64,000 nucleotides of DNA, from the NCBI GenBank assembly GCA_963422615.1, contig OY730414.1, positions 1,346,302 through 1,410,301 on the forward strand, written 5' to 3'. Under the pieces are notes generated by a model. It was given only the letters and a program-made list of their open reading frames with translations, did no database searches and was not told where the DNA came from. A program made the position numbers and the translations under genes. Positions 32,771 through 43,496 of this stretch are shown one piece after another. The DNA comes from Longimicrobiales bacterium (GTDB lineage Bacteria > Gemmatimonadota > Gemmatimonadetes > Longimicrobiales > Gaopeijiaceae). Numbering within the stretch: position 1 is the first letter of the stretch; each line of letters begins with the position of its first letter.

Positions 32771-35700
32771 TCAGGGATGGAATTCGATCGCCGACGTCGG
32801 TGGGGGTCGAAGGAGTCCGCGGTTCCTTCCGCCCGTCACCTTGTGGTGCACCATCGCCAGGGCGGGGACGATCATCATCAGGACGACGGTTGCGAAGATG
32901 ATTCCGAATCCCAAGGAGGCGGCCATGGGGATCAGAAACTGGGCTTGCAGGCTCCGTTCGAAGACCAGCGGAGCGACCCCCAGGAAGGTGGTCAGCGACG
33001 TCAGAAAAATCGGACGAAAGCGAGCCTTGGCGCCGGCAATGATGGCCGCCCTCCCGGACATCCCCTGCGCCAGCCGTTTGTTGATGAAGTCGATCATGAC
33101 CAGGGAGTCGTTCACGACGACGCCGCTGAGTCCGACGATTCCGAACAGGGACATGAGGCTGACGCTGAGCCCCAACAGCAGGTGGCCCAGCAGGGCGCCG
33201 ATGATCCCGAAGGGGATCGCGGCCATGACGATCAGGGGCTTGGTGTACGACGCGAAGGGGATCGCCAGTAGCGCGTACATCACCACCAGGGCAAGGGCGA
33301 AACCCCGTCCCAGAGCGCCGAAGGACTCCATCTGCTCCTGACGTTCGCCTCCGAAGGAGTAGGTGAGTCCCGGATTCCGGTTTGCGATCTCCGGGAGGAC
33401 CGAAGCCGTCAGATGGTCCGTTACCTCCTGGCCCGTCACCACGGCGGGGTTTATGTCCGCGGTCACGGTAAGCACGCGCTGGGTGTCCTTCCGCCGAATG
33501 GCGGAGGGGGAGTTGCCGAAGTGCACCGATGCGACCCGTCCCAGGGGAACTTCGGCTCCTGCGGGCGTGCGCACCAAGTATCCTTCCACGTCTGCAATGG
33601 CGTTCCGTTCCCCTTCGGGAAGTCGGACGTACACCCGCACCTCCTCCCTACCCCTCTGCACCCGGAGGGCCTCGTTGCCGAAAAATGCGGAGCGGACCTG
33701 GCGGGCCAATCCTTCCAGAGTAAGACCCAGGGTCCGGGCTTCGGGCCGCAGCTCGATCTGGATTTCCCGGAATCCCCCGTCCTGATCCGAGCGGATGTCG
33801 AAGACCCCCTGGAGCTCCCGCAGCCGGTCCGTCAGGGCGTCGCCGACGGGCCCCAGGCGTCCCGGATCCGGATGGGAGAGTTCGGCCTGGATGGGTGGCC
33901 CCAAGTCGATCAGTTCGGCGGTGAAGGTCAGGCTGCGGGCCTGGGGCAGGAAGCCGGCCTCCTCCCGCCACTCCTGCTGAAACACGGCGGCGGCCACATC
34001 CCTTCGCTCCGCTTCCAGAAGCTTGAACTCCACGGCAGCAACATTTCCCCTCGGGTCGTCATCGGTTCCCTCGCCTATGGGAGCGCTTCGGCGGGCCCCC
34101 TGACCCACCGTCACGTTCACGCCTGCCAGCAGGGGTTCGGCGCCCTCCGGCCGACCCGCGGAAAGCCGCTCCAGAGCCCTGTACCCCGCCGCCTCCAAGC
34201 CTCCGGCCACTTCGGCCGTCCGGGCTCCGGGCGTTCCCTCGGGCATCTCCAGATTGGCCGTGACGATGTCCGCTTCCACGGTGGGGAAGAACTCCACCTT
34301 GACGATTCCGGCGGGCACCAAGGCGACACAGAGGACAAACATGCCCGCGCCGACGGCGATCACCACGGCGGGCTGGTCCGTTGCCACCCGAAGGCCTCGC
34401 TCCAGGGGCCCGTCCGCAAAGCGCTTCAGCTCCCGGTCCACTCGGGCTCGGGCCCGGGAAACGAAGCGCCCGACCCGGTTGCCGGGTTCGGAGCGGAGGT
34501 CGGGCAGGTGGGACAGGTGGTTCGGCAGCACAAGGAGGGACTCCACCAGGGACAGAACCAGCACGGAAGTCACGATCACGGGAATTGCGCCCATGATTTT
34601 TCCCATGGTCCCGGGCACGAAGAGAAGGGGCGAAAAGGCGGTCACGGTTGTGAGAACCGCAAAGATCACCGGTCCCTTGATTCGGAGCGTTCCCCGAACC
34701 GCGGCCGCCAGTCCCGCCGCTCCCTTTTCCCGCTCCGCGTAGATGTTCTCGCCTACGACGATGGCGTCGTCCACCACGATCCCCACGGCAAGAATGAAGG
34801 CGAACATGGAGATCACGTTCACCGAGACACCCAGAGCCAGCATGACGGCAAAGGTGCCGACAAAAGAGACACCGATTCCCACGGCGACCCAGAGCGCCAG
34901 GCGGACCTCCAGGAACAAGGCGAGGGCCACGAGGACGAGGGTCAGACCCAGGAGGGCGTTTTTCTGGAGCAGCCGAAGGCGGTCCTGGAGAATCTCCCCG
35001 TCGTTGTTCCACACGTCGATTCCGACCCCGGTCGGAAGGGAGGGCCGGACGGCCCGGGCCAAGTGTTCCTCCACCGCCTCCACGATCTCCAGAACCCGCT
35101 CGTCCGATGTGCGGTAAACCTCCACGAAAGCCGCCCGTTTTTCCTTGTAACGGGTGATCAGCTCGGCTTCCCGGAAGCCATCCCGCACCTGGGCAATGTC
35201 TCCCAGGCGCACCACCGTGCCGTCGGCTCTGCTCAGGACGATGATGTCCTCGAAGTCCTGCTGGTCGTAGTTTTGGCCGACGGTTCGGACCCGCACCTCC
35301 GCATCCCGGGTCTCGATGGTGCCGGCCGACAGGTCCAGGGAACCGCTACGGACGGCGGCGGAGATGTCCTGCAAGGTGAGGCCCAGGGCTCGCAGCCGGC
35401 TCATGGGAACCTCGATGGAGATCTCGTAGTCGCGGACCCCACTGGTCTCCACGTAGGAGACTGCGGCAAGGGCAGAGAGTTCGTCTTCGATGCGGTGGGC
35501 CAGCTCCTTGAGGGTGCGTTCGGGGACGTCTCCGTACAGGGCGAGACGGATCACGCTCTGGCGGGTGGTCATCTCCCGGACTTCGGGGCGTTCGGCCCCG
35601 ACAGGGAAGGTCTGAATTCGGTCGATTTCGGACTTGATGTCGTCCAAGGCCCGCCCGGCGTCCGTGCCCCGCTCAAGTTCGACGACGACGGAACCGCGTC

Positions 35701-35941
35701 CTTCAGCGGCCGTGGCGGTCACTTGCTTCAGGCCGTCTACCGCCTTGATCTGCTCCTCGATCTTGCGGACGATGGACTCTTCCACTTCTTCCGGGGTAGC
35801 ACCGGGGTAGGGCACCGAAATCTGGATCCGGTCCAGGGAAAACTCCGGGAAGACTTCCTGGACGAGGCTTCCCAAGGAGACGATTCCGGCCACCAGGATG
35901 AAGAGCATGAGGAGGTTGGCGGCGACCCCGTTTCCGGCCAT
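32771..35941 (-). CDS. RND-family efflux transporter permease (AcrB/CzcA-like)
   Basis: ~1050 aa with 12 TM helices and large periplasmic loops. Family-typical segments include LLFVPGTMGKIMG and VVNDSLVMIDFIN. Confidence 0.9.
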   Translation of the reverse strand: MAGNGVAANLLMLFILVAGIVSLGSLVQEVFPEFSLDRIQISVPYPGATPEEVEESIVRKIEEQIKAVDGLKQVTATAAEGRGSVVVELERGTDAGRALDDIKSEIDRIQTFPVGAERPEVREMTTRQSVIRLALYGDVPERTLKELAHRIEDELSALAAVSYVETSGVRDYEISIEVPMSRLRALGLTLQDISAAVRSGSLDLSAGTIETRDAEVRVRTVGQNYDQQDFEDIIVLSRADGTVVRLGDIAQVRDGFREAELITRYKEKRAAFVEVYRTSDERVLEIVEAVEEHLARAVRPSLPTGVGIDVWNNDGEILQDRLRLLQKNALLGLTLVLVALALFLEVRLALWVAVGIGVSFVGTFAVMLALGVSVNVISMFAFILAVGIVVDDAIVVGENIYAEREKGAAGLAAAVRGTLRIKGPVIFAVLTTVTAFSPLLFVPGTMGKIMGAIPVIVTSVLVLSLVESLLVLPNHLSHLPDLRSEPGNRVGRFVSRARARVDRELKRFADGPLERGLRVATDQPAVVIAVGAGMFVLCVALVPAGIVKVEFFPTVEADIVTANLEMPEGTPGARTAEVAGGLEAAGYRALERLSAGRPEGAEPLLAGVNVTVGQGARRSAPIGEGTDDDPRGNVAAVEFKLLEAERRDVAAAVFQQEWREEAGFLPQARSLTFTAELIDLGPPIQAELSHPDPGRLGPVGDALTDRLRELQGVFDIRSDQDGGFREIQIELRPEARTLGLTLEGLARQVRSAFFGNEALRVQRGREEVRVYVRLPEGERNAIADVEGYLVRTPAGAEVPLGRVASVHFGNSPSAIRRKDTQRVLTVTADINPAVVTGQEVTDHLTASVLPEIANRNPGLTYSFGGERQEQMESFGALGRGFALALVVMYALLAIPFASYTKPLIVMAAIPFGIIGALLGHLLLGLSVSLMSLFGIVGLSGVVVNDSLVMIDFINKRLAQGMSGRAAIIAGAKARFRPIFLTSLTTFLGVAPLVFERSLQAQFLIPMAASLGFGIIFATVVLMMIVPALAMVHHKVTGGRNRGLLRPPPTSAIEFHP

Positions 35942-36036
35942 GTAGGCGATGGGACCGGACGGGTTCCGTCGGGATTGTCCGGAACCGTCTCCTCCGGCGA
36001 ACCCTTGGCCGCCCGGGGGAGTGCCGCCGTCCCGGG

Positions 36037-37224
36037 TCACTTGGTTTCCACCCGGTTGGTCCGGGTCCGCACCACCATCCCCTCCGACGCGATGCGAATC
36101 CCTCCCAAGACAATCGGCTGACCGGGCTCCAAGCCTCCGATCACGAAAACCTCTTCCTGGGAGCGCTGGAGAACCCGGATGGGGACGATCGTTACCAGGG
36201 TGTCGTCCCGTATGGCCCAGACCTGGTCTCCCGTCCTGAGTCCGGAGCGGGGAACGACGAAGTAGCGGGCCGGGGCCACGCCCTGAATCTGCACGTCCAC
36301 GAACTGCCCGACCAGGAGAGGCGGACCCTGGCCGCCAAACGGTTCCGGGACCCGGACGATCACGTTGAGGGTCCGGGTCTGTTCGTTCAGGGTCGCTTCC
36401 GCTCGGTCCACGTATCCTTCCCAGTGGTGCCGTGCGTCCCCGTAACGAGCCATCACCCGGGCCAAAACCCTCGGGTCCTCGTCTCCCGCTTCCAGCGCCC
36501 AGAGGTTGGGGACGAGGGCCGCATCGGCGTCGGAGAGAGGCACGACGACTTCCACTGCGTCGTCGGCGTAGAGGCGTCCCACCCCTTGTCCTGCCGCCAC
36601 GAACGCGCCCGGGTCTACCGACTCCCTTCGGACAACGCCGCTAAAGGGGGCTCGGACCTGGGTCCGGGACAGGGCCAGCTCCGCGTCGGCCAGGGTGGCA
36701 CTGTCTCGGGCGAGGGCGGCCCTGGCTGCCCTAAGCTGGGGTTCCCGGAGGACCAGGGGACTGGCGTCGGAGAGTGACGTGCTGTCGGTTCGGCGGCGCC
36801 GGAAACGCTCGTATTCGGCCCGGGCGATCCGCGCTTCCTCCTCCGCCTGGAGGAGCGCAACCTGCTGGGCGGCCACGTTGGCGCGGGCCTGCCGAACCCG
36901 GTTCCGATAGTCGGCGTCTTCGATACGGAAAAGGATCCGCCCCTCCTCGACCCGGCCTCCGCCCTGAAAGGCCGGTGCCACCCAGGAGACCTTCCCGTTG
37001 ATCTGCGCGGCGATCTCGATTTCCGCCCGGGGCCGGACCGTTCCGGCACCGTGGACGGGAATGGCGCCCGAGCCCGGTTCTGCGGGGGCCGCAGTGACAA
37101 AGGGGATGCGGGACGGAGGCGGCCGAAGGGGGGGATCAGGCCGGAGCTGAACCAGGAGTACGGCCACGGCGACGGATCCCAGAAAAATGGCCGCCGCCAG
37201 GTACAGACTTCTGCGCGGGTTCAT
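36037..37224 (-). CDS. RND efflux periplasmic adaptor (membrane-fusion protein, HlyD family)
   Basis: Signal/TM N-terminus, coiled-coil hairpin (ARANVAAQQVALLQAEEEARIARAEYERF) and beta-barrel domain. Confidence 0.85.
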   Translation of the reverse strand: MNPRRSLYLAAAIFLGSVAVAVLLVQLRPDPPLRPPPSRIPFVTAAPAEPGSGAIPVHGAGTVRPRAEIEIAAQINGKVSWVAPAFQGGGRVEEGRILFRIEDADYRNRVRQARANVAAQQVALLQAEEEARIARAEYERFRRRRTDSTSLSDASPLVLREPQLRAARAALARDSATLADAELALSRTQVRAPFSGVVRRESVDPGAFVAAGQGVGRLYADDAVEVVVPLSDADAALVPNLWALEAGDEDPRVLARVMARYGDARHHWEGYVDRAEATLNEQTRTLNVIVRVPEPFGGQGPPLLVGQFVDVQIQGVAPARYFVVPRSGLRTGDQVWAIRDDTLVTIVPIRVLQRSQEEVFVIGGLEPGQPIVLGGIRIASEGMVVRTRTNRVETK

Positions 37225-37248
37225 CCAACGCGTCCTTTCCTATTTGCC

Positions 37249-38805
37249 CTATTTGGGGGGTGCTGGGCGGTTTTCCGGAGGGGCTTCGATTGGAACGGTC
37301 GAAGGTCGCGCTTCCATAGGGGACCCCTTCGGAGTGATCCAGTCGCCTCCCAGGGCTCTGTGGACGGCCAGGCGGGCCAGGGCGACGTCTCGGGTGGCGT
37401 CCGCCAAGGCGGATTCCACGTTCAAAAGGGTGCGCAGGGCGTCCAGATAGTCGGAATAGCCGCCGACTCCCAATGTGTAGCGCCGCGCCTGAAGGTCGGC
37501 CGATGCCCGGGCTTCCTCTTGCTGTGCGGCGAGAAAGGCGTGGCGCCTTCCTTCGCTGTCAAGTCCGGCCAGGGCCGCTTCGACTTCGTGAACGGCGGTG
37601 ACCACCGTGCGCCCATAAGCGGCCGCTGCCTGGTCGAAGCGGGCGAGAGCCAGGGCCACGTTGTTGCGGAGGCGGCCCCCCTGAAAGACGGGCCCGGTCA
37701 GGTTGGCCACCAGGTTTCGGAACCACTGGTCTACGTTGAAGAGCCCGTCAACCTGGGAGCTCTGGAGCCCGATGGAGCCTGAAAAAGAGAGGGAAGGGAA
37801 CAACTCGGCCCGGCGGGCTCCGATTCCGTACCGGGCTGCTTCCAGGCGCTGACCCGCCGCTCGCACATCGGGCCGCTGGAGGAGTAGGTCGGCCGGAATG
37901 CCCGTGGGCACGGGGTCCGCCGGCAGAACCGGGGCGAGGGAGTCGGAGAGGATCGCCTCCACGTTTCTGCGGTACCCTCCCAGAAGGACGGCCAGTCGAC
38001 CCTCGGCGTCGGCCAGCCCGGTCTCGATCCGGGGTAGCGCCGCCTGCGTGTTGCGCAGGTCTCCTCGAACCTGGTACAGCTCCAAGGAGGGGGCCAGGCC
38101 GCGGTCATAACGCGTCTGGGCCAGGGCCTCCCGCTCCACCAGGACATCCACCGTCTCCCGAACGAGAACGACCCGGCGCCGAAGCGCGACGATCTCGAAG
38201 TAGGTCGTGATCGTTTCCGCCAGGACCCCGATGCGCGCGGCGTGAAAGTCCGACTCCGACGCCAGGTACTCACTGCCTGCGGATCGAGCCTCGTTGCCGG
38301 CTCGACCCCAGAAGTCCAATTCGTAGGAAATGTCGGCGCTCACCGACACGGTGGTCAAGGCGAGCCGGTCAAGGGACGGGACCACCGACGCCGAATCTCC
38401 TTGTCCCCGGCCGAGTCCCAGGGCCTGGAACTGCGCCCCGAACCCGGCGTTCGCCGGCGTATTCTGTTCTGCGACGGAGCCCGACGCCAGAACCGACGGA
38501 AAAAGGGCTGCTCTGACGATCCGGGCCTGGGCTCGGGCTTGCCGGACCCGCGCCACCGCTTCCACCAAATCGAAGTTGGAGACGAGCACCGAATCGACGA
38601 CCGCGTTCAGCACGGGATCGGAAAAGGCCTTCCACCACTCCCGGGATTCGTTCCGATTCCCTGTGATGCCCTCTGGGATGCCCCGAGAAAAGCGGTCGGG
38701 AACCTGGGCGACGGGTTCCGGGACCATGGGATCGGGGGCGAAGGAACAGGCCGACTGGGCGCAAGCGGCGAGAAGGAGAACGGCGACGATTCGAAGTACG
38801 TTCAT
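37249..38805 (-). CDS. Outer-membrane efflux factor (TolC/OprM/NodT-family lipoprotein)
   Basis: Lipobox MNVLRIVAVLLLAACA; two repeated OEP domains; it is first in the OMF-MFP-RND operon. Confidence 0.85.
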   Translation of the reverse strand: MNVLRIVAVLLLAACAQSACSFAPDPMVPEPVAQVPDRFSRGIPEGITGNRNESREWWKAFSDPVLNAVVDSVLVSNFDLVEAVARVRQARAQARIVRAALFPSVLASGSVAEQNTPANAGFGAQFQALGLGRGQGDSASVVPSLDRLALTTVSVSADISYELDFWGRAGNEARSAGSEYLASESDFHAARIGVLAETITTYFEIVALRRRVVLVRETVDVLVEREALAQTRYDRGLAPSLELYQVRGDLRNTQAALPRIETGLADAEGRLAVLLGGYRRNVEAILSDSLAPVLPADPVPTGIPADLLLQRPDVRAAGQRLEAARYGIGARRAELFPSLSFSGSIGLQSSQVDGLFNVDQWFRNLVANLTGPVFQGGRLRNNVALALARFDQAAAAYGRTVVTAVHEVEAALAGLDSEGRRHAFLAAQQEEARASADLQARRYTLGVGGYSDYLDALRTLLNVESALADATRDVALARLAVHRALGGDWITPKGSPMEARPSTVPIEAPPENRPAPPK

Positions 38806-39051
38806 GGGTACGCTCGCCTGCCGTTGAAGAGTATCGGGAATCGGTACCTGGGACGCCGGCGGTCTCGACCCCGAGACGTATGACCTCCTCCTCCCGCCGG
38901 GTAGACCCTGTGCGGTACGTTCGGAGGGCGGATTCGGCCTGGGGGGCGGATTCGGGCCGCGGCCCAGGACGAAGTCCGGTATGCTCCGCAACCTGTTCAC
39001 AATACCGGGAGCGGCGCAAGCGACCAAGCGGAAGGGACATCTAGATACGCC

Positions 39052-40755
39052 ATGGGTCCTCCACATCCAATGGGCAAGGGCGGAGACGCCTGCCCACCGG
39101 GATTGCCGCGCGCCCGCCCGCCGGGACTACAGGGAAGGTACCTCTACGATGTGGATCCGGTCGACGGCGACCAAGCCTGGGCCCTTTTCCAGGCTTGTCG
39201 CGACGGAGAAGAGGCTCGGGTGCGGGCGCTGATTCGGGCGGATCCCGACTTGGTCCACGCCCAATATTGGTACACGCAACCCGTCCACTTCTCCGTCTAC
39301 GCGAACCAGCCGGCTGTCCTTCGAATTCTACTGGACGCGGGAGCGGAGCCGGGACGAACCCGCTTCATGGATTCCGGCTGGAAGAAGCTGCTCCAGCACG
39401 CCGAAGCAATGGGGTTCGAAGCGGTCCGGGAGATTCTCCTGCATGCCGTACAAGAGCGGTTCGGATACGATGCTGCCTTCTCTGGGCTCAAGGATGCTGT
39501 CCTTTCCCGGGGGCGCCGTCGGATCGAAGCGGTGTTGGGAGGGCGCCCCGCGCTCGCTCGGGCGTCCGATGTCCAGGGCAACAACGCCATTCACTGGGCG
39601 GTCATGACCCGGCAGCCGGAACTGATTTCCCTGTTCTGCGCGTGTGGTGCGGATCCCCAGCACCGCAGGAGCGACGGTCAGACCCCGGCCCAGCTCCTCT
39701 TCAACGGCGACTACGAATACCGAACCTGGCGGGAAATGAAGGGAGTGGATCACGCCAGCGTCGGCGCTGTGCTCCGCGCCCTGGTTGATGCCGGTGCGGT
39801 CCCGGATTTCTCGGTGTCCTGTGCCACGGGCGACTTGGCCCGGATCCGGGCCCTCGTTGAAGGGAATCCGGACCCGGCTCGGCGCCTCGACTCCGGGCGG
39901 CGGAATCCGCTGACCTATGCGGCGCGGGGCGGCCACCTCGAGGTCGTACGCGTCCTCTTGGCCCACGGAGCCGACCCCAACATGCCGGAAGAACTGGCCC
40001 CCCGAGGGCACGCGCTATGGATGGCTTGTGCTTCGGGTCGCGCGGACATCGCGGAAGTCCTGCTGCACTACGGTGCCAATCCGAACTCCGCACCCGATTC
40101 ATCGGACAGCTGTCTGGGGATTGCCCGGTCGAATCCCGGCAAGGGGGCGCGCAGGATCGAGAGGCTCCTTCGGGCTCATGGAGCGGAAACGCCGATTTGG
40201 CACATGACCAACGAACAGCTTCAGGATGCCATTGTCAGGGCTGCGCCGGCCAGTCGGGATCCCTGGTTTCCGGTGGAGGTCTTCGCCCGCAACGACCTTG
40301 ACCTCGCCGCCCGGCTCCTGGAGGTGGATCCCGATGCGGCCAGTCGTATGAACGGGGGGACCCTGCGCCTCGGGAGTCCCGACGCGGCCATTACCGACGG
40401 CAAGCTCCTGGAGCGCCTGCTGGAAGCCGGCTTCGACCCCGATCGACGGGGATGGCTGGGCCAGACGGCACTGCACCACTATTCGGGGCGGGGCGAAACA
40501 GCCAATGTCCTGCGGTTGCTCCGGCATGGCGCTGGCGTGAACGTCCTGGACGACGAATCCCGCGGAACTCCGCTTGCCTGGGCCGCGGCGTCGGGACACG
40601 AAGATACCGTGAAGCTGTTGCTGGAGCACGGGGCCGATCCCGGTCTGCCCCACGACGTTTCGGCGGCGAGGCCGGGGGAACGGGCCCGGTCTGCCGGGCA
40701 TTCGCGGATTGTGGCCCGCCTGAAAGCCGGCGCCGCTTCTCGTGAAAGCATGTGA
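39052..40755 (+). CDS. Ankyrin-repeat protein
   Basis: Multiple ANK repeats (NPLTYAARGGHLEVVRVLLAHGADPN, TPLAWAAASGHEDTVKLLLEHGADP). Confidence 0.8.
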   Translation: MGPPHPMGKGGDACPPGLPRARPPGLQGRYLYDVDPVDGDQAWALFQACRDGEEARVRALIRADPDLVHAQYWYTQPVHFSVYANQPAVLRILLDAGAEPGRTRFMDSGWKKLLQHAEAMGFEAVREILLHAVQERFGYDAAFSGLKDAVLSRGRRRIEAVLGGRPALARASDVQGNNAIHWAVMTRQPELISLFCACGADPQHRRSDGQTPAQLLFNGDYEYRTWREMKGVDHASVGAVLRALVDAGAVPDFSVSCATGDLARIRALVEGNPDPARRLDSGRRNPLTYAARGGHLEVVRVLLAHGADPNMPEELAPRGHALWMACASGRADIAEVLLHYGANPNSAPDSSDSCLGIARSNPGKGARRIERLLRAHGAETPIWHMTNEQLQDAIVRAAPASRDPWFPVEVFARNDLDLAARLLEVDPDAASRMNGGTLRLGSPDAAITDGKLLERLLEAGFDPDRRGWLGQTALHHYSGRGETANVLRLLRHGAGVNVLDDESRGTPLAWAAASGHEDTVKLLLEHGADPGLPHDVSAARPGERARSAGHSRIVARLKAGAASRESM

Positions 40756-40823
40756 CGACCAACTGCGGTTCAAGTTCATCAACCAACTGGACGAGACGCG
40801 ACAAGAATCAAAGGAGCTGATAA

Positions 40824-41216
40824 ATGAAATTGGGTGCGTTTTCCGTGAGCTTGGCGGTCAAGGATCTGGACGCTTCCCGGTTGTTCTACGAAAAGCTCGG
40901 CTTCTCCCGAACGGGCGGAGATGGCAAGGGCTACCTGATCATGGTCAACGGAACCACGGTCATCGGCCTCTTTTGCGGGATGTTCGACGACAACATTCTG
41001 ACCTTCAACCCCGGCCTGGGACAGGACATGTCACGGCTCTCGAATTTCACGGACGTGAGAGACATCCGAAAGTCTCTGGTCGCCGACGGAATCCAGATGA
41101 CAACCGACACAGACCCGGAAGGCACGGGCCCGGCCCACATCGTATTCAAGGACCCGGACGGGAATGCGGTGCTGGTCGACCAGTTCTTCCCGAAGCCGGG
41201 GATCGGGGTGGAATAG
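40824..41216 (+). CDS. VOC-family (glyoxalase/bleomycin-resistance/dioxygenase fold) protein
   Basis: MKLGAFSVSLAVKDLDASRLFYEKLGF... is a typical VOC beta-alpha-beta-beta-beta start. Confidence 0.75.
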   Translation: MKLGAFSVSLAVKDLDASRLFYEKLGFSRTGGDGKGYLIMVNGTTVIGLFCGMFDDNILTFNPGLGQDMSRLSNFTDVRDIRKSLVADGIQMTTDTDPEGTGPAHIVFKDPDGNAVLVDQFFPKPGIGVE

Positions 41217-41261
41217 CTTGGTCGTGGCGACCGGGGGCACCGGTAGCCGACCCGGGGTAGC

Positions 41262-41674
41262 CTACCCGACCTGGTAATCCAGAGTGAGCGTGTGCCTTCC
41301 GTCCGGGTCGACCGCGATCTTGATCTTGCCCGACAATCCCACCAGCTGCTCCGTGCCCGATCCCGGCACGACATGGCCTCCGGTCCACGGCGGCTCCCCG
41401 GCCGCGGCGACCCCCAGTGCTGAATGACGAAGGTACCGCTTCGTTCGCCCAGCTTTCCGGTAATCCTCTCCGACGCCACGTAGCCCGCGTTCGTTGGGTT
41501 GGCTGGGTTCGCCTGGCACGTGAGCAGTCGCGCCCGACCTTCCCCTTCCAAGTCGCCCTGGTACCGTTTGACGACGACGGCCTCTCCCAGGGCAGAGCCG
41601 GAATCTCCTTCGTCGTACGGGGTCTGCTTCCAGCTTGTCACGTTGAAGTCGGAGGTTGCCTGCCGCTTCTTCAC
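41262..41674 (-). pseudogene. DUF3224-family protein with a frameshift near 41395-41415
   Basis: The N-part (...YVASERITGKLGERSGTFVIQHWG) is in ORF 40931-41674. The C-part (GGHVVPGSGTEQLVGLSGKIKIAVDPDGRHTLTLDYQV) is in ORF 41262-41519. The switch occurs at a G-run. Confidence 0.6.
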
Positions 41675-41774
41675 TTCGCTCCTCCCGGTTTGGGAATTGC
41701 CGTCGCCATCATTTCCACCCCCATGTACGCGCAGAAATCGTCCCTACCCCACATCCTCCTCCTACGACCCCCAA

Positions 41775-42947
41775 TCATGCTGCATCCAGGACTCGGTCTA
41801 CCGCCCGTTCCAGCGTCTGCACGGTTCTGTCCACGTTCCCAAGCTTGTCCAGTCCGAAAAGCCCGATGCGGAAGGTACGAAACCCCTCCGGCTCCCCACA
41901 CCGCAAGGGCACCCCGGCGGCGATTTGCAAACCGGCCATGGCGAACTTGCTTCCGTTCTGGATATCGGGGTCGTCGGTATAGCTCACGACGACGCCAGGG
42001 GCTCCGAATCCATCGGCGGCAACGCTCTGGAACCCTCGATCGGCCAGTAAGGTCCGGGTCCGGTCTCCGAGCTCCTGTTGCCTAGCCCGAGCGTTCTCGA
42101 AGCCGAAGGCCCAGGTGTCGGCCATCCCGTTCCGTAGCATCTTCAGCGCGTCCGTGGGCATGGTGCAGTGGTAGGCGTTCTCATCCCCTTCGTAGATATC
42201 CATAATCCGAAGCCACGCGCGAAGGTCGCCCGCAAAACTGGTGCTCCGAGTCCCTTCCATCCTGGCCAGGGCTTCGGATCCGAGCATGACCAGGCCCGCA
42301 CAAGGGGACCCGCTCCAGCTCTTTTGCGGGGCGCTGATGAGGACGTCCACGCCGCAGCGTTCCATGTTCACCCATATGGCGCCGGAGGCGACCGCGTCCA
42401 AGACGAACAACCCGCCTACCGAATGGGTCGCGGCTGCCACAGCGCGCATGTAGTCTTCCGGAAGGATGATTCCCGAAGCCGTCTCCACGTGGGGAGCGAA
42501 CACCACCTCCGGCCGACGGGATTCGATGGCGGCGACGACTTTGTCAACGGACGGAGGAGCGAAGGAGGGCGTCACCCCGGTTCCCAGGGGACGCGCCTTG
42601 AGCACGGTAGATCCGGAAGGAATCCCCCCGGCGTCGAAGATTTGGGTCCAGCGGTAGCTGAACCAACCGTTGCGGACCACCAGGCACCGCCTGCCGGTGG
42701 CGAACTGGCGTGCGACGGCCTCCATGGCGTAGGTGCCTCCGCCCGGAACTACGGCGACGGATTGGGCACCATACGTATGCTTCAGTGTAGACGACACGTA
42801 TTGCATCGTCTCCCGGAACGAAGACGACATGTGGTTGAGAGAGCGGTCGGAGAAGACGACCGAGTATTCAAGGAGCCCGGCGGGATCGACACCGGGGAGA
42901 AGTCCGGGCACGGTTGCCTCCCGAAGAAGTGAGATTCTCTGCTCCAC
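41775..42947 (-). CDS. Class V aminotransferase (alanine-glyoxylate / serine-pyruvate aminotransferase family)
   Basis: VVPGGGTYAMEAVARQF...LISAPQKSWSGSPCAGLV (PLP-lysine region). Confidence 0.85.
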   Translation of the reverse strand: MEQRISLLREATVPGLLPGVDPAGLLEYSVVFSDRSLNHMSSSFRETMQYVSSTLKHTYGAQSVAVVPGGGTYAMEAVARQFATGRRCLVVRNGWFSYRWTQIFDAGGIPSGSTVLKARPLGTGVTPSFAPPSVDKVVAAIESRRPEVVFAPHVETASGIILPEDYMRAVAAATHSVGGLFVLDAVASGAIWVNMERCGVDVLISAPQKSWSGSPCAGLVMLGSEALARMEGTRSTSFAGDLRAWLRIMDIYEGDENAYHCTMPTDALKMLRNGMADTWAFGFENARARQQELGDRTRTLLADRGFQSVAADGFGAPGVVVSYTDDPDIQNGSKFAMAGLQIAAGVPLRCGEPEGFRTFRIGLFGLDKLGNVDRTVQTLERAVDRVLDAA

Positions 42948-43496
42948 TCGGTGCGTGGCCGTCCCGGGACGTCAGCGCATGGCCCTACGGGCTCCCAGGG
43001 CAAGGGGCGGTACGAACGGAGGAGAGAAGGTTAGCCGATACGGTTCCCGAAGAGAATGGCTGCCCGAAAAAAGGTCCCTAGGTTCGGAAGGGGTGTCGTT
43101 TGGGAGTGCCTCCGCCTCTTGCTCCCGGGATCGTCGTCATGCAGGGGTGTCGCCCCAGCGGGTCCGCCGTCGGGCTGACGTCCCCGCCGGCGGGATCACA
43201 GAGACGGAGGGGTCGGCCCTGGCTTTTGGGAGGCAGACAAGACGAAGCCCCCTTGTCTGCGATAACTTTCGGGAACCACGATCGGAAGCATTGAGACAAT
43301 CCATGAACTCGGGAGGAATCATGCACCGCCTCGTTGCCGCCGCCATGGCCGCGATGTCTCACCTCGGGCTGCATAGCCGATTGGGCTACGGGGCAGCCCG
43401 GCGCGTCCTCGGTCAAGGTCGGGGTCGTGTGTCGTCGGGTTTTCGGGTTGTGAACCGGAGCTTCTCCATATTCTGCTTCTTCCGGCCCTCCCCCTC

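Noticed and set aside
33413-36121. 902-aa plus-strand ORF
   Set aside because: It is antisense to the RND permease gene and has a low-complexity G/H/D-rich translation.
40931-41261. Extension of the DUF3224 ORF through the VOC gene region
   Set aside because: The DUF3224 homology ends near 41262 (in the shifted frame). The remainder is antisense to a good VOC-family gene on the plus strand.
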